A stretch of 55,424 nucleotides of DNA, counting the filler, from Trichosphaerium sp. ATCC 40318 (taxonomy: Eukaryota; Protista; Tubulinea): NCBI GenBank assembly GCA_038496445.1. It is 3 parts of 3 records of this genome, joined end to end, with 100 filler letters (N's around TTAATTAATTAA, not from the genome) between each part and the next. Parts side by side here need not be neighbours in the genome. Positions count along the whole stretch, not along the records: positions 34,156 to 55,424 come from JALMLS010000286.1; 2 more parts are not named here. The stretch is one strand, 5' to 3'. Shown in pieces: positions 37,724 through 48,498 of this stretch; the first letter of the stretch is position 1, and the number at the start of each line of letters is the position of its first letter. Below the pieces are notes generated by a model that searched no databases, had not been told where the DNA came from, and saw nothing but the letters and a program-made list of their open reading frames with translations. The translations under genes and the position numbers were made by a program.

Positions 37724-40344
37724 TTGCGTCCTGAGTTACACTTGGCGACCTGCCTAAGTTAAGCATATCATTGGGGCAGAGGAAAGGAAACCAAAAGGGA
37801 CTCCCTGAGTAGCGGCGAGCGAAAGGGGACAAGCTCAAGCCTGAATCCGAGCCTAGCATCGGAGTTGTGGGCTAAGGCGTGGTGGCTCTTCCAGACGTTG
37901 ACGGGAATTACGCACGAGTCGTAGCCGTAGAGGGTGCGAGCCCCGTACGCTGTCAACTGAGGAAATAGAGTCCCATCGTCCAGGAGTAGTATGGTTTGGC
38001 CGTGCCATACGAAGTTACCGGGAGGTTACCCGGCAAGGCTAAGTATCGGGAGGTGGCCGATAGCGCACCAGTACCGTGAGGGAAGACTGAAACAGCACTC
38101 CTCGATAGAGGGTTAAAAGACCCGAAGCCGGCAAGGGTACAAATGGCACGGAGTACGTAGGTGCCCTGCACCTAATCTGCACATGGCAGACGCTCTTGTA
38201 GCGAGGGAAAAGCGACCGGGGCCTTGTGCCCTGGAAGATTATAATGAAACAAAACGTCGAGGGGAAGGTAACATAGAAGTGACTAACACAAAAAAGTCAT
38301 ACTGGCTAATTGTGCTGTCCACACCATCCTACAAGCTGAAAAGCATAAAAACGTGGGTTTGGTTGAAAGGACATCAAAAAGCACTTTTAAACCTTTAAAT
38401 GATGTTGGTTCACTGAAATTACTGGAACCTCCGAATGTACGTCTTCTTCCGAAAGGAACGAAGCTCGTCATTCATCGTCCACAACCTCAATGAGGCTCTA
38501 TGCCCTTATTGGGCCATGGCCTCCGTGTATCCCGTCTTGAAACACGGATCAAGGAGTTCGCCGAGCGTGCGAGGGTGAGAGATCAAACCTCCAACCCGCA
38601 CAGAAATGAAGCCAAGGATAAGCTCCTAGGCCGTCAAGTTCTTTATAAAAAAAACAAACGTATTACATTTTACATGTTTAAGTTTGCAAAGATCGACATA
38701 AAAAACCGACTATGCTATTATCATGTTTTTATGTTACGCAAGTAATTAAAAACACGTCATACCGAAGTAGATACACTTTGCCATCTCCGGCGTTGTTCTC
38801 TTGGCAGGCGATAGTACGTTGGGCGATACCCGAAAGGTAGCGATCTATACCCGAAAAGGGGGAAGGCGGGAGAAATCCCGCTGGACGCCCGTAGCGTTGC
38901 TGACGTGCAAATCGCTCGCCGGACATTGGGTATAGGGGCGAGAGACCAAACGAGCTGCCAACGTAGCTGGTACCGTTCGAAGTATCCCTAAGGATAGAGG
39001 GGGTCCGTGACGCCGGTCTCGTCTCGTAGAGCCACTGGAAAGAGGTATCGGAGGCCAAAGTTGCCATCGACCTATTATCAAACACATAAGAGGCGACCGA
39101 CCACAGGCCGAATGGCTGTGGTCACCGAGACGGTGGACCCCTATTGGGCCGGTCTTGATAAGCAGGACTGACGAGACGGTTTTAAACGCGAGCAGCAGCA
39201 AAGGCGCCCGAATAGGCAGTAACCAAGACAACGAAGGCGGTGTTCCAGTTTAGACAGCTGGAAGGTGGACATGGAAGTCGTCATCCTCTAAGGAGTGAGT
39301 AACTTCTCACCAGCCGAATTGGGACGCGCCGAAAATGGATGGCGCTAAACTGCCTTAGCCGCCGCTGCGCGATCGCCCCGGCTCGGCCCAGGGTGCGGTA
39401 GGACGGCGTGCTGGTGGCGTAGAAGGGGGGCGGTGGCGTCCACCCGGAGCCACCAGCAGTGATGATCTTGGTGGTAGTAGCAATTGGAGCCTGGTGAAAC
39501 AGTGTTTATCACAGCCAGGTCGCCCAAGTGGGGAAGGGTTTCGCGGTGATGGCATTCAGCTGCGAGTTAGCCGGTCCTAAGCCAGCTCCTAATAGAGTAT
39601 ACTGTTTGATGCTGGCAGACGACACTAAGTTTTGATAGACTTTCACAAGTCTTGAAATTGGTGGAAGTCTGCGATGCTTTCAACTCGGCGAAAGGCAACC
39701 TGGTGAGTAATCCAGGGCATGGGTAAGGAGGATGCATTTGCTTTAGAAGTGGCAACACTGAGAGAGAGAGCGCACGCGAGCAACCACACTTCTGCGGGGC
39801 CTTCTCCCGCGCCTAAGCTATTCGAGGGAAACTCCCCGGAGCCACGTAAAGCGGCGAAGGGAAAGAGTCGAGGGTAGCTAATGGGAAAGCACTTTTGCTT
39901 TCTAGGGGTGTTGGTGAGCTCGTTCTCACGAGGCTGCTCCTCTCCGAAGCCGACATTTTCGGATGTTCAGTGTCCTCCAGGCTCATACCGTACCGAAAAC
40001 CGCATCAGGTCCCCTAGGTTAGTCACCTCTGGCGCTGCACGGTGTAAACGGCGTAAGGGAAGTCGGCATACGCGGCCCGTAACTTCGGGAAAAGGGCTGG
40101 CTCTGCTGACCGGGACCCGGGACGACGTGCGTCTGCGCTACTTCAGTGTAGCCCCTTCGGGAATGGCGCACAGTCCCTGCAAAGAGGTCCACAAGCGGAT
40201 CATGGCGGAACTCTCAGAAGCTTAGAGAACCCAACTGTTTACTTAAAACTTAGCCCTTTGATACCTCCTCTGAGGTCTGACAAAGGGTGACTCCTGCCCA
40301 GTGCTTTGAAAGTTGCGGTGCTTAATTTCACCCAAGCACGGGTT

Positions 40345-40394
<50 letters not shown>

Positions 40395-41111
40395 GTAACT
40401 AATGACGCGCATGAATGGATGAATGAGGTTCTCGCTGTCCCTACGCCGACCGTGGCGAAACCACAGAGTCGCGAACGGGCGACTTTTCTACCAGCGGGGA
40501 AAGAAGACCCTGTTGAGTTTGACTCTCACCACGCTTAGGGGCTTGGCACTGGAGGTATAGGGTAGGAAGTAGTTTTTTACGAAAGGTGTAACACTTCTAC
40601 TCCGGAGGTCGGGCCCCAGACGCATTCAAAACGGGCGAAAGCGCCTGCCTCTTCGGAGGACGTGGCGCTGCTCGAACCATACAAGTCGGTTCTTAGGATG
40701 AGGCGGGCCCAATCGAAAGTGCGGATTACCTTCCAATTTCGGAACTTTGACAAGCATTAAGGCGGACAGCGCGTGGCCGGGAGTTTGGCTGGGGCGGCAC
40801 ATCCGCTATAGGGTAACACGGATGACCTAAGGGGAGCTCAGTGGGGACAGAAACCCCACGTAGAGGCCAAGGCTAAAAGCCCCCTTGAGCAAGAGTGGAG
40901 CCATCGCTCTTGCACCCTAACGGGAGGCCTAGAGATCCCTCGTGACTAGTCATGTAACCTGACACTGGGGTGACAGAAAAATTACCATAGGGATAACTGG
41001 CTTGTGGTCGCCAAGCGCTCAGAGCGACGCGACTTTTTGATTCTTCGATGTCGGCTCTTCCTATCCAGGTGTAGCAGAATGCTCCAAGGGTTGGATTGTT
41101 CACCCACTTAC

Positions 41112-41155
<44 letters not shown>

Positions 41156-41553
41156 TTACCCTACTGGTGGGCCTATTTTATTAACATGCGCGTCGTCGGT
41201 AGCGATGCCTCAGTACGAGAGGAACGGGCATCGGTGGCCTCTAGTGTCCGCGGACGTCCGAGAGGGCGGTTCGCGAAGCCACGCCATTGGGAGTACGGCT
41301 GAAGGCCTCTAAAGTCGGAAACCCAGCCGCCAAGAGCCGCGCGGCGACATTGTCGTTGCTGCGCCTCCTCGAACGAAAGGCTTCGGCCCGCAAAGGTTCT
41401 ACACTATGGCACAAGTAGCACGTCTTAGCAAACGCCCGCAGGGGCCCCGTAAACCACGGGAACTCGAACAGGGTCTTAGGGCATTTACTGTTGTAAGCTA
41501 GGGAGTCGCTCAAGCCTTCGGGTGCGACGACCTGCTGAGGCAGAGGCCCGACT
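37724..41553 (+). rRNA. 28S (LSU) rRNA, divergent
   Basis: TTAAGCATATCA, CCCGTCTTGAAACACGGA, GGGAGTAACTATGACTCTCTTAAGGTAGCCAAATGCCTCGTC, GGGATAACTGGCTTGTGG, GAGCTGGGTTTAGACCGTCGTGAGACAGGTT, sarcin-ricin loop CTCAGTACGAGAGGAAC; ends approximate. Confidence 0.97.
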
Positions 41554-42494
41554 AAATTGTATTCTGATATCTTCAATGTATTCATTCTTGTCCCTTTTCA
41601 TCTTCGTGCCCCTCCGTGTGTTGACATGTGATTTTTTATCTACACAAAAGAAAACAATAGCTAACCATGTCATATATTTTTTGACAATACCACCTGCTAT
41701 TGTAGCATCCTGTAGATAACAACCATTAGTAATACTACAACCACACAAAATACAACATACCTCTTTGAATTTATTCCAAAACTGCTTTTCCTCCAAACAA
41801 GTTGTTAAATCCTTACTAAACTGGATACACCAAGCATATATCCTGTGAAGGGACACGCTTTTTCTGGTGGAGGGACACGCACTTAATGACACCATATTTT
41901 CACGTCTATATACTTAAACATGCTATAAAGTTAGCCACATATCTACCGTCTATACTTCTCTATATATGCGTATTGAGGGTTAATCAAAATGATTGGGGTG
42001 CTCGCTAGAGCTTTTTTTTGCAAAGTTAAAATTTTCGATGAGTCAACTTCAAGTGTATGTTGTGGGCCATCTGAATAATGTTTTTTTTTTGGTGTACCAT
42101 ATACACTTTATAAGACCATGTTTGATGTGTTTAAAAGGTCTTCAGTTAAAAAATATATAGAGGGTCACTTGGGAACAAGGTTTCAAATAGGTGGAAAAGC
42201 ACTTTTTTGACACGTTTTTCACCACTTGTACTAATATGTAATTAAATGATAGACGTCTAGGTTTGTTATCATTTATCACTGCTATAACATACATGATGGG
42301 TAGCAGAAAAAATACTTGTGCAAAGCAGGAATAGTACTGTAAAAATCATGTTTTGGCATGTTTTTTTTCTTCTCTGTGACACCACCAAATTTAACAAAAG
42401 TGCTTGACTAAATGGTGAGTGTATAAAATAAACATTTAAATACCAAAAAAGTTTATTAAAGCTCAAAAATACATGTTTTTGGAGCATCACATCA

Positions 42495-45327
42495 TTAAAG
42501 CTGTATTATCAATCTTTTTACAAAAACAGGTAAATCTACTTTTTTTCCATTAAGCTCTTGAAAAGCTACCCAAGCATTAATAAGAGTGGTTTTCAATAGA
42601 GCCCATATGTAATAGCTTTTCCTTTTTTTTTTTTAGAACAAGAGGCAGCGCGCTAGCGCCTACTTTATTACATATAGGGGGGTTTACATGGAAGACGACT
42701 TACAGATTGACATGCGTGTACAGAAAGTTACAGGAGGACATCATGTCATGGAACAGAACCAATCGTACAGATGAGAATAAAACTTGTTGTCCGGCATATG
42801 CGTATGTTCTATTAATGGTCAGCAATTTGATTATGGTTCTGAGGTTAACGGTTTTCATGGACAATTTGTTGCTATCCGTTTAATTACTGTATTGCTCAAG
42901 TGCATATAGAAATGGTCCAGTCTCAGCTAAAAAAGAAATGTTCCTCATAGCAAAGCTATCTACACTTGTGGAAACATATTCATTGCGCACGTGATTATAC
43001 GAAAAGGAAGTACCAAAAAAAAAAAAAAAAATTATTTCAAAAATCTGACCTTGCTATCTTCATTGACATCTAGTTTCATTACCTGCTAATAATGTTTGAG
43101 TTACAAGCATGTTCAATGGCCATAGACGTAGAAATAGTGAGGTGTTCCTTTAGGAAGTTAGTTTGTTGCTAAAAAGCGGTGAGAAAGGTAAAATCGAGTT
43201 AGTGTAGTTGATTTTAGCGTGTAAAAGCAGAATAGAGAATTAAATCAGATTACCAACGAAATACAAAAGAAAGGCCAGCGGTGTGACTAAAAGTACTTTA
43301 GCATGTCAAACAGAGCTATAACATTAAACTGTGCGCAGTAGTGCTTTGGTCCCGTCATGGGCGTAAAGGGCTCTGGAGAGTGTAGAGATAACCTAAAGGT
43401 GTAAAATAAAAGATATGCTGAAGAGAAGCTGCATTCACCGGGCAGTTAAGCCGGCCTCATATGTAATAGCTTTTCCATGATCGTTCAGCATGATTATATG
43501 TGATTTTGTACCACAATGAGTCGAAATCATCCACAGCAGCAAATTGTTCTTTGTAAGTGGTAATGAATGGTGGAATTCTGGCTTTCTTAACATTTTGAGT
43601 GGGCTTTAAAAACTTAGCAGCATCTCGAAGATCTTTTTCTTTTTGGTTTTGTGGTTCATGACTATGAGTACGCTTCATGATTCGTTCAATTAGCTTTTGT
43701 TTTTTACCTCCAAGTTTTATTCCATACTGTCTGCATAAATCTCTTAATTGTGACACTTTCAACTCTCTAAGATCTTCTTCAGAGTGTTGTGGTAGTTCAA
43801 TATCAGGGATTGATATTGAATGAATGACAGAAGAAGCTGATAAGTTATGTCCCGTTATTTGTTGGATAATATGTCTTTTTCCCCCTTCTGGTGAAATAGA
43901 CATTTGCATTGCAATTGCTTTTAAATCACGTACATCAAACTCTTCAAAAAGAGTTGCTGCTTTTCTGCTAATAACAGCTGTTTTGGATGCTTTAACAGGA
44001 GTCTTTGAGTTTGAAAATCCAGTAGACAACACACACACCTACAAAACGTCAACAGTAGACAGCGCAATATACATACTTGGTCATTATCATTGTAAAAGCC
44101 AGCCAACATATTTGTTTTAATATTTTTAAAAACACGCCAATCTCCATGCCCAGAACCCCGTTTAATAAAACTCCAAAAATTTTTGGGCCTAAACTTGCTG
44201 CATGCAAGTGTACATGTAATGTTGAGCATATTCAAATTAGCTGCTAAGTCAAACTGTCCAAAAGCAGAATCTCCTATAATATGAGGTTCAAACCCATGGT
44301 TAGCCTCTTTCCATCTTAGTGAAAAGCGTTGAACCACAGCAATAGGAGCAGGTTGAGGAGTTTTAATGTATGGTTCCACATCAATGACATATGGCAAGTC
44401 AGTATGTTTTCCACGAACAACAAACAAATAGTTCACCAAACCATCTGTGTGAGGTTTTTGGGGCAGATGCAGTTTGACAAAACAGCTACCATCAAAAGCA
44501 TAGAGGGCTTCATCCACCACAACAAAAGTACCTACAATGTGGTTACCATTTAGATAAATAAACAACCAAACCTGGCTTTAATGCAAGACTCCATGTACTT
44601 CTGAGTATTCCAATAAACGTTGACCAATTACAACACAAGTGGTTATTAATAACTGAAAAACGTTTTTTCTCCAAAGGCATATCAATAGTTTCTTGTTTTT
44701 TGTAGTACCTACTAAGGTAAGTTGTTGTCTAATTGAACCACAGTACCAAGAAATATCTTTTTTTTGTTCTAAATAAGCCATTGATAATTTTTGCTTGAAC
44801 CACAGTATTAAATCTGCACGAGTAACTGGTTTGTTACGTCGATTTAAATCAGATAACTTGTTATTGTTCTTTAGCTTGGAAATTGTGTAATTTGTTGATT
44901 GCACCAGGTGATTCCACAACCTTGTTGGAGCATGCTGCATTGCAAACATGTTAGGGAAAAAACACAGTTAAATAACAAAAATGATTGATTTATTATGTAC
45001 TTTTTCAAATACATCTTTTTCTGTTGCATTTCTCCCTCCCAAATACCTAACGTTGACTTCTGCAAAGTGGAGGGTGTCTTTAACACTTAATACAGCGTCA
45101 TTTGTAATATTTTCCCATCCTTCCCCTTTAATACGGGCAAACCCCTCTAAAACACTTACATATTATCAGTATATGCGTAGAAATACAAAAAAACACCTCA
45201 ATTCTGCTTTTCCGTCTTTTTTAGCTTTTTTTATTTTCCGAATTTTTTCTTTTGTAACTTCCACCTCTCGCTTTCTTTTTTGTGTAAGGTTATGAGATTC
45301 TGCATTTTCACGCAGCAGCTTACTCAT
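42495..45327 (-). pseudogene. Intron-containing piggyBac-family (DDD) transposase with two SAP-like domains, interrupted by a retro-insertion
   Basis: LWNHLVQSTNY, VVVDEALYAFDG..LHLPQKPHTDGL, IIGDSAFG, PPFITTYKEQFAAVDDFD; after removing 42623-43457 plus one duplication copy the frame reads WKSYYIWALLKTTLINAWVAFQELNGKKVDLPVFVKRLIIQL-stop; basic NLS-like N-terminus (QKRKR..KKAKK); start codon inferred. Confidence 0.88.
42623..43457 (-). mobile_element. Non-LTR retro-insertion (SINE-like, truncated LINE or retrocopy), 835 bp
   Basis: Exact 19-bp direct repeat CATATGTAATAGCTTTTCC at 42604-42622 and 43458-43476; T12 tract at 42623-42634 = 3' poly(A) on the minus strand; no long ORF. Confidence 0.9.
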
Positions 45328-46010
45328 AGTATAGTTTAAACATGAATTAGACATAGTTAAGTGTGTCCTCCCACTTAAAAAATTGTGTCCCTTCACGGGA
45401 TATTCAGCCTTGTTCTTTTCTCCACCCAACCCACATTTCATACAGTTCCTTTTATCTTTTATTAAGCCCATCCAATATTAGTTCCCTTAGATACAACAAG
45501 GCCAACAGCTTTCAACCAATACATTAATGTTTATTTTCAAAAAAAATAAGTATTTATTACAATTATAATTATGGAAGCATTTTTTACAGCAAATAAAATA
45601 TTAATAGCCTAAACAGCAATTAAATACTTTAAAAACACCTTGCTACACACAATTGTCTTTTTAGACTCTTTTTTTTTATAATTTGTTTGAATTTCATGTT
45701 CAATGGAATATTTCAACTTAAAGTACTTTATTGAATTTGAAGTGCATCCAAAAACATGTTTTACACTTATACCATGTCATCTTTAGTTATTTCATGTTAC
45801 TCTTAGTAAGGTACATTGTGTTCAGTGGTAAATTTAAATTAGAGTTTTTAAGGAATTTTGTTTAAAAACTAAGAATTTATAAACAGAAAATCTCTTCCTT
45901 TATTCCTATCCAAACAAAATTTCTTAAGGATTAATGTCAAAATTCCATAAAGATTAACAATGAAATTCTCAATGCATTTTTTATGAAACTCCAAACAAAT
46001 TACCTTGAAA

Positions 46011-46738
46011 CAGAGCTAAAACTGGAGTTGGCATTACCTATCAAATGCTGGTATTTGGTTAAAATCAGGCATAATGAAGCATAAAATAGGCATTTCATGG
46101 AGCACAAGTAACAACTGCTTATGAAATGCCTGCATTTTTTTGGCATGGCATTAATCAAGCATTTCAAAACATGCCACCCTTGGCATATATAGGCAATGCC
46201 AAAACCCTTTTAGTTCAATGAAGGGATGTTCATGTTTGTATACTTTAAGGTAGGTTTATAGAAAAAGTACAATCTCCAAACATCAACAGCAAAAAAACCA
46301 CTGAACGAAAATGGCGGTCCTATTTTAAATGGCACGTAGAGCTCTTAGTATTTCATTAATTCTAACGAAACCTAGCTCATTCGAACCGCAGCACCCAAAT
46401 ACACCTGCACATACAGCGAAAGTAAATTACATATAATACACAGGTGATCGAAATCATAACAATACTTTGGAACTTTTTTTTGTAATTATACATTGTTGTA
46501 ACACAGGTATAATACAGGCATAAAATAGGCATTTATAAGGCATCAAACTTGTATTTATTGTGTTGGGCATAAATCAAGCATAATTCAGGTATAATACAGG
46601 CATAAAATAGGCATTTATAAGGCATCAAACTTGTATTTATTTCTTGGCATCTACCAGGCATTTAGCCATAAAAACAGGCATTTAAACAAGCATTTAGTAG
46701 GCATTTGCTTTCAAATGCCAACTCCAGTTTTAGCTCTG
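46011..46738. mobile_element. MITE-like unit 1 with perfect 25-bp TIRs
   Basis: CAGAGCTAAAACTGGAGTTGGCATT (46011-46035) and its exact reverse complement (46714-46738); many AGGCAT/ATGCC subterminal motifs; 56-bp internal direct repeat 46504-46559 / 46586-46641; no clear TSD. Confidence 0.75.
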
Positions 46739-46778
46739 AATACTTTACAATATTTACATCAAGTCTTCCAGCACAAAC

Positions 46779-48498
46779 AAGGCTGAAACTAAACAAGGCT
46801 TTGCCTTAAATATGAAGGCATTTTTTTAAAATCAGGCATTAATGGCAAAAATCAGACATGCAAAGTGGCAATGCCTGATTTTGCAAAGACAATGGCAACA
46901 AAAGCAAAAATCAGGCATTGAAATAAGGCTTTGTTGGGCAATGCCTTAATTGTTGCAATGCCTTGTTTTTTTTAGGCAATGCCTGCCCTAGTTTTTTTAT
47001 GCATTGCCAGCCTTAAATTTACTGGCACCAATTAGGCATTGGTTGTGTACACATTGTACATTAAGGATACATTGGTTTAAGGTAAGTCTCCACCACACCA
47101 ACACTTCCTAAACATTTTTTTTCATTTACTACTGACGTTTTATATAGACGCCGTCACCACGCTTTTAGTATTTTATGGATTCTAACGAAACCACCGCCAT
47201 TCGAACCGCAGCACCCAAATGCACCTACAACAGGAGTATAGGTACCTTAAACCATTTTTCCAGTCCGCGAAAATTATACCAATAATTTGTTAATTTTTTT
47301 TTCTAGCTTAAGGTTTTTTTTCACATGGAGGACATTGAAGTTTTTTGTGTTTTGTGTATTGTACTTTAATAAATGAATCACTATTGTATGTCTATATAAA
47401 GCCTTGTTTTATGAGTATATGGCGCCTGGGTTATGCCCAAAAATTGAGGGCAAAAATGCCTTATTGTTGCACTAAAAATGAGGCATTATTGGACCAACAA
47501 TGCAGGCTATTTTAAGGCTAATTAGTGAATCAGTTGTTTGCTATTTGGCCCAAATATGAGGCTGCAAAGCCCAAAATTACAAGGCAATGCCTCATATTTG
47601 CTCATTTTTTTTGGCAAAAACAAAGCAATTTGGTGAAAAATAAGGCTGTATTTGGTGGCAACAGGGCTGAAACTCAACAAAGCATTTTTGGACAATGCTT
47701 AGGCATTTTCATTCAAATAATGCCTTATTTTTTACAAAAATGCCTAGTTTTTGCCTTATTCAAAAAGGCAAATACAGGGCAATGCCTTATTTTGAAGGCA
47801 AAAAAAAAGCATTATCATAGTCTACAATGCCTAATAAACCAAAGCATTTTCAGGTAATAACACAATTATTTAATTTATAATACAGTACACATACAATACA
47901 CAAAACTCCTAAGTCCACATTTGAAAAAACCTTAAAGACAATATGAGATGGAGGGAAAAAAACAAAAAAAAAAAAAACTTACCTTGTAGTGTTAGAATTC
48001 CGCGGTCCTGGAAATATCGCAAAGTTCACTCCTACTACTGGTATAGGTGAAATAGGGTGCTGCGGTTCGTTTGGCAGTGGTTTCGTCTAATTTCATGAAT
48101 TACTAAGAGCGCTAGGTGCCTGTCTATATAAAACGTCAGTAGGTGATGTGGAAAAAAAGTGTAAAAGTTGTTTGACTGTTACTTACCTTAAACCACTTCC
48201 TTAATGTGATCAGTCCTATGATATAGTATAAGCAATGCCTTATATATGAATTAAAATATAAGGCATATATTGTTTAAAAAAATAAGGCATAATAAAGGCA
48301 TAAAGTACTTGCAATACAGGGCATTACTTGATTTTATGCAATGCCAAAAAATGCAATACAAGGCATTACCTGATTTTATGCAATGCCAAAAGATGTCCAA
48401 AAATGCCTGGTATTAATGCAAGAAATTCCTTATGTTAATGGAATATTGCAAAATATGCATCATTTTTTAAAACAATGTGTAGTTGACTTTCAACTCTG
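46779..48498. repeat. Related units 2 (+, about 46779-47660) and 3 (-, about 47662-48498), mutually inverted
   Basis: Ends resemble unit 1 (CAAGGCTGAAACT, CAGGGCTGAAACTCAAC, GTTGACTTTCAACTCTG); shared core ..TTAGTA..ACGAAACC..CGAACCGCAGCACCC..CACCT at about 46340-46410, 47160-47230 and (reverse) 48045-48110; AGGCA-rich flanks. Confidence 0.75.

Larger units (their letters stand above)
41842..45399 (-). mobile_element. piggyBac-like DNA transposon with ATAT target-site duplication
   Basis: TIRs CCTGTGAAGGGACAC (41842) and GTGTCCCTTCACGGG (45399), 14/15 match, plus a second inverted GTGG..GGACAC block; ATAT at 41838-41841 and 45400-45403; encloses a piggyBac-type transposase. Confidence 0.85.

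Noticed and set aside
34475-41585. Numerous ORFs of 60-130 aa over the rDNA (and mirrored at 49759-54548)
   Set aside because: They overlap rRNA cores on either strand and are duplicated only because the rDNA is; no protein motifs.
41975-41983. GGGTTAA resembling a canonical piggyBac end
   Set aside because: Wrong orientation relative to the transposase and no matching partner; the ATAT-flanked TIR pair fits better.
43455-43460. TGA where Trp is expected in the transposase, suggesting TGA=Trp recoding
   Set aside because: Fully explained by the retro-insertion junction; the true TGG codon and C-terminus resume at 42605 and other genes use TGG for Trp.
45328-45471. Apparent N-terminal zinc-finger (CMKC..H..C) in ORF 45166-45471
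   Set aside because: This part of the ORF runs across the TIR and ATAT duplication into flanking DNA, so it is probably fortuitous; the start at 45327 is preferred.
47131-47230. Possible hammerhead ribozyme in the repeated core (CTGA...CGAAAC)
   Set aside because: CUGANGA is not complete (CTGACGT) and I could not build the three flanking stems consistently in all copies.
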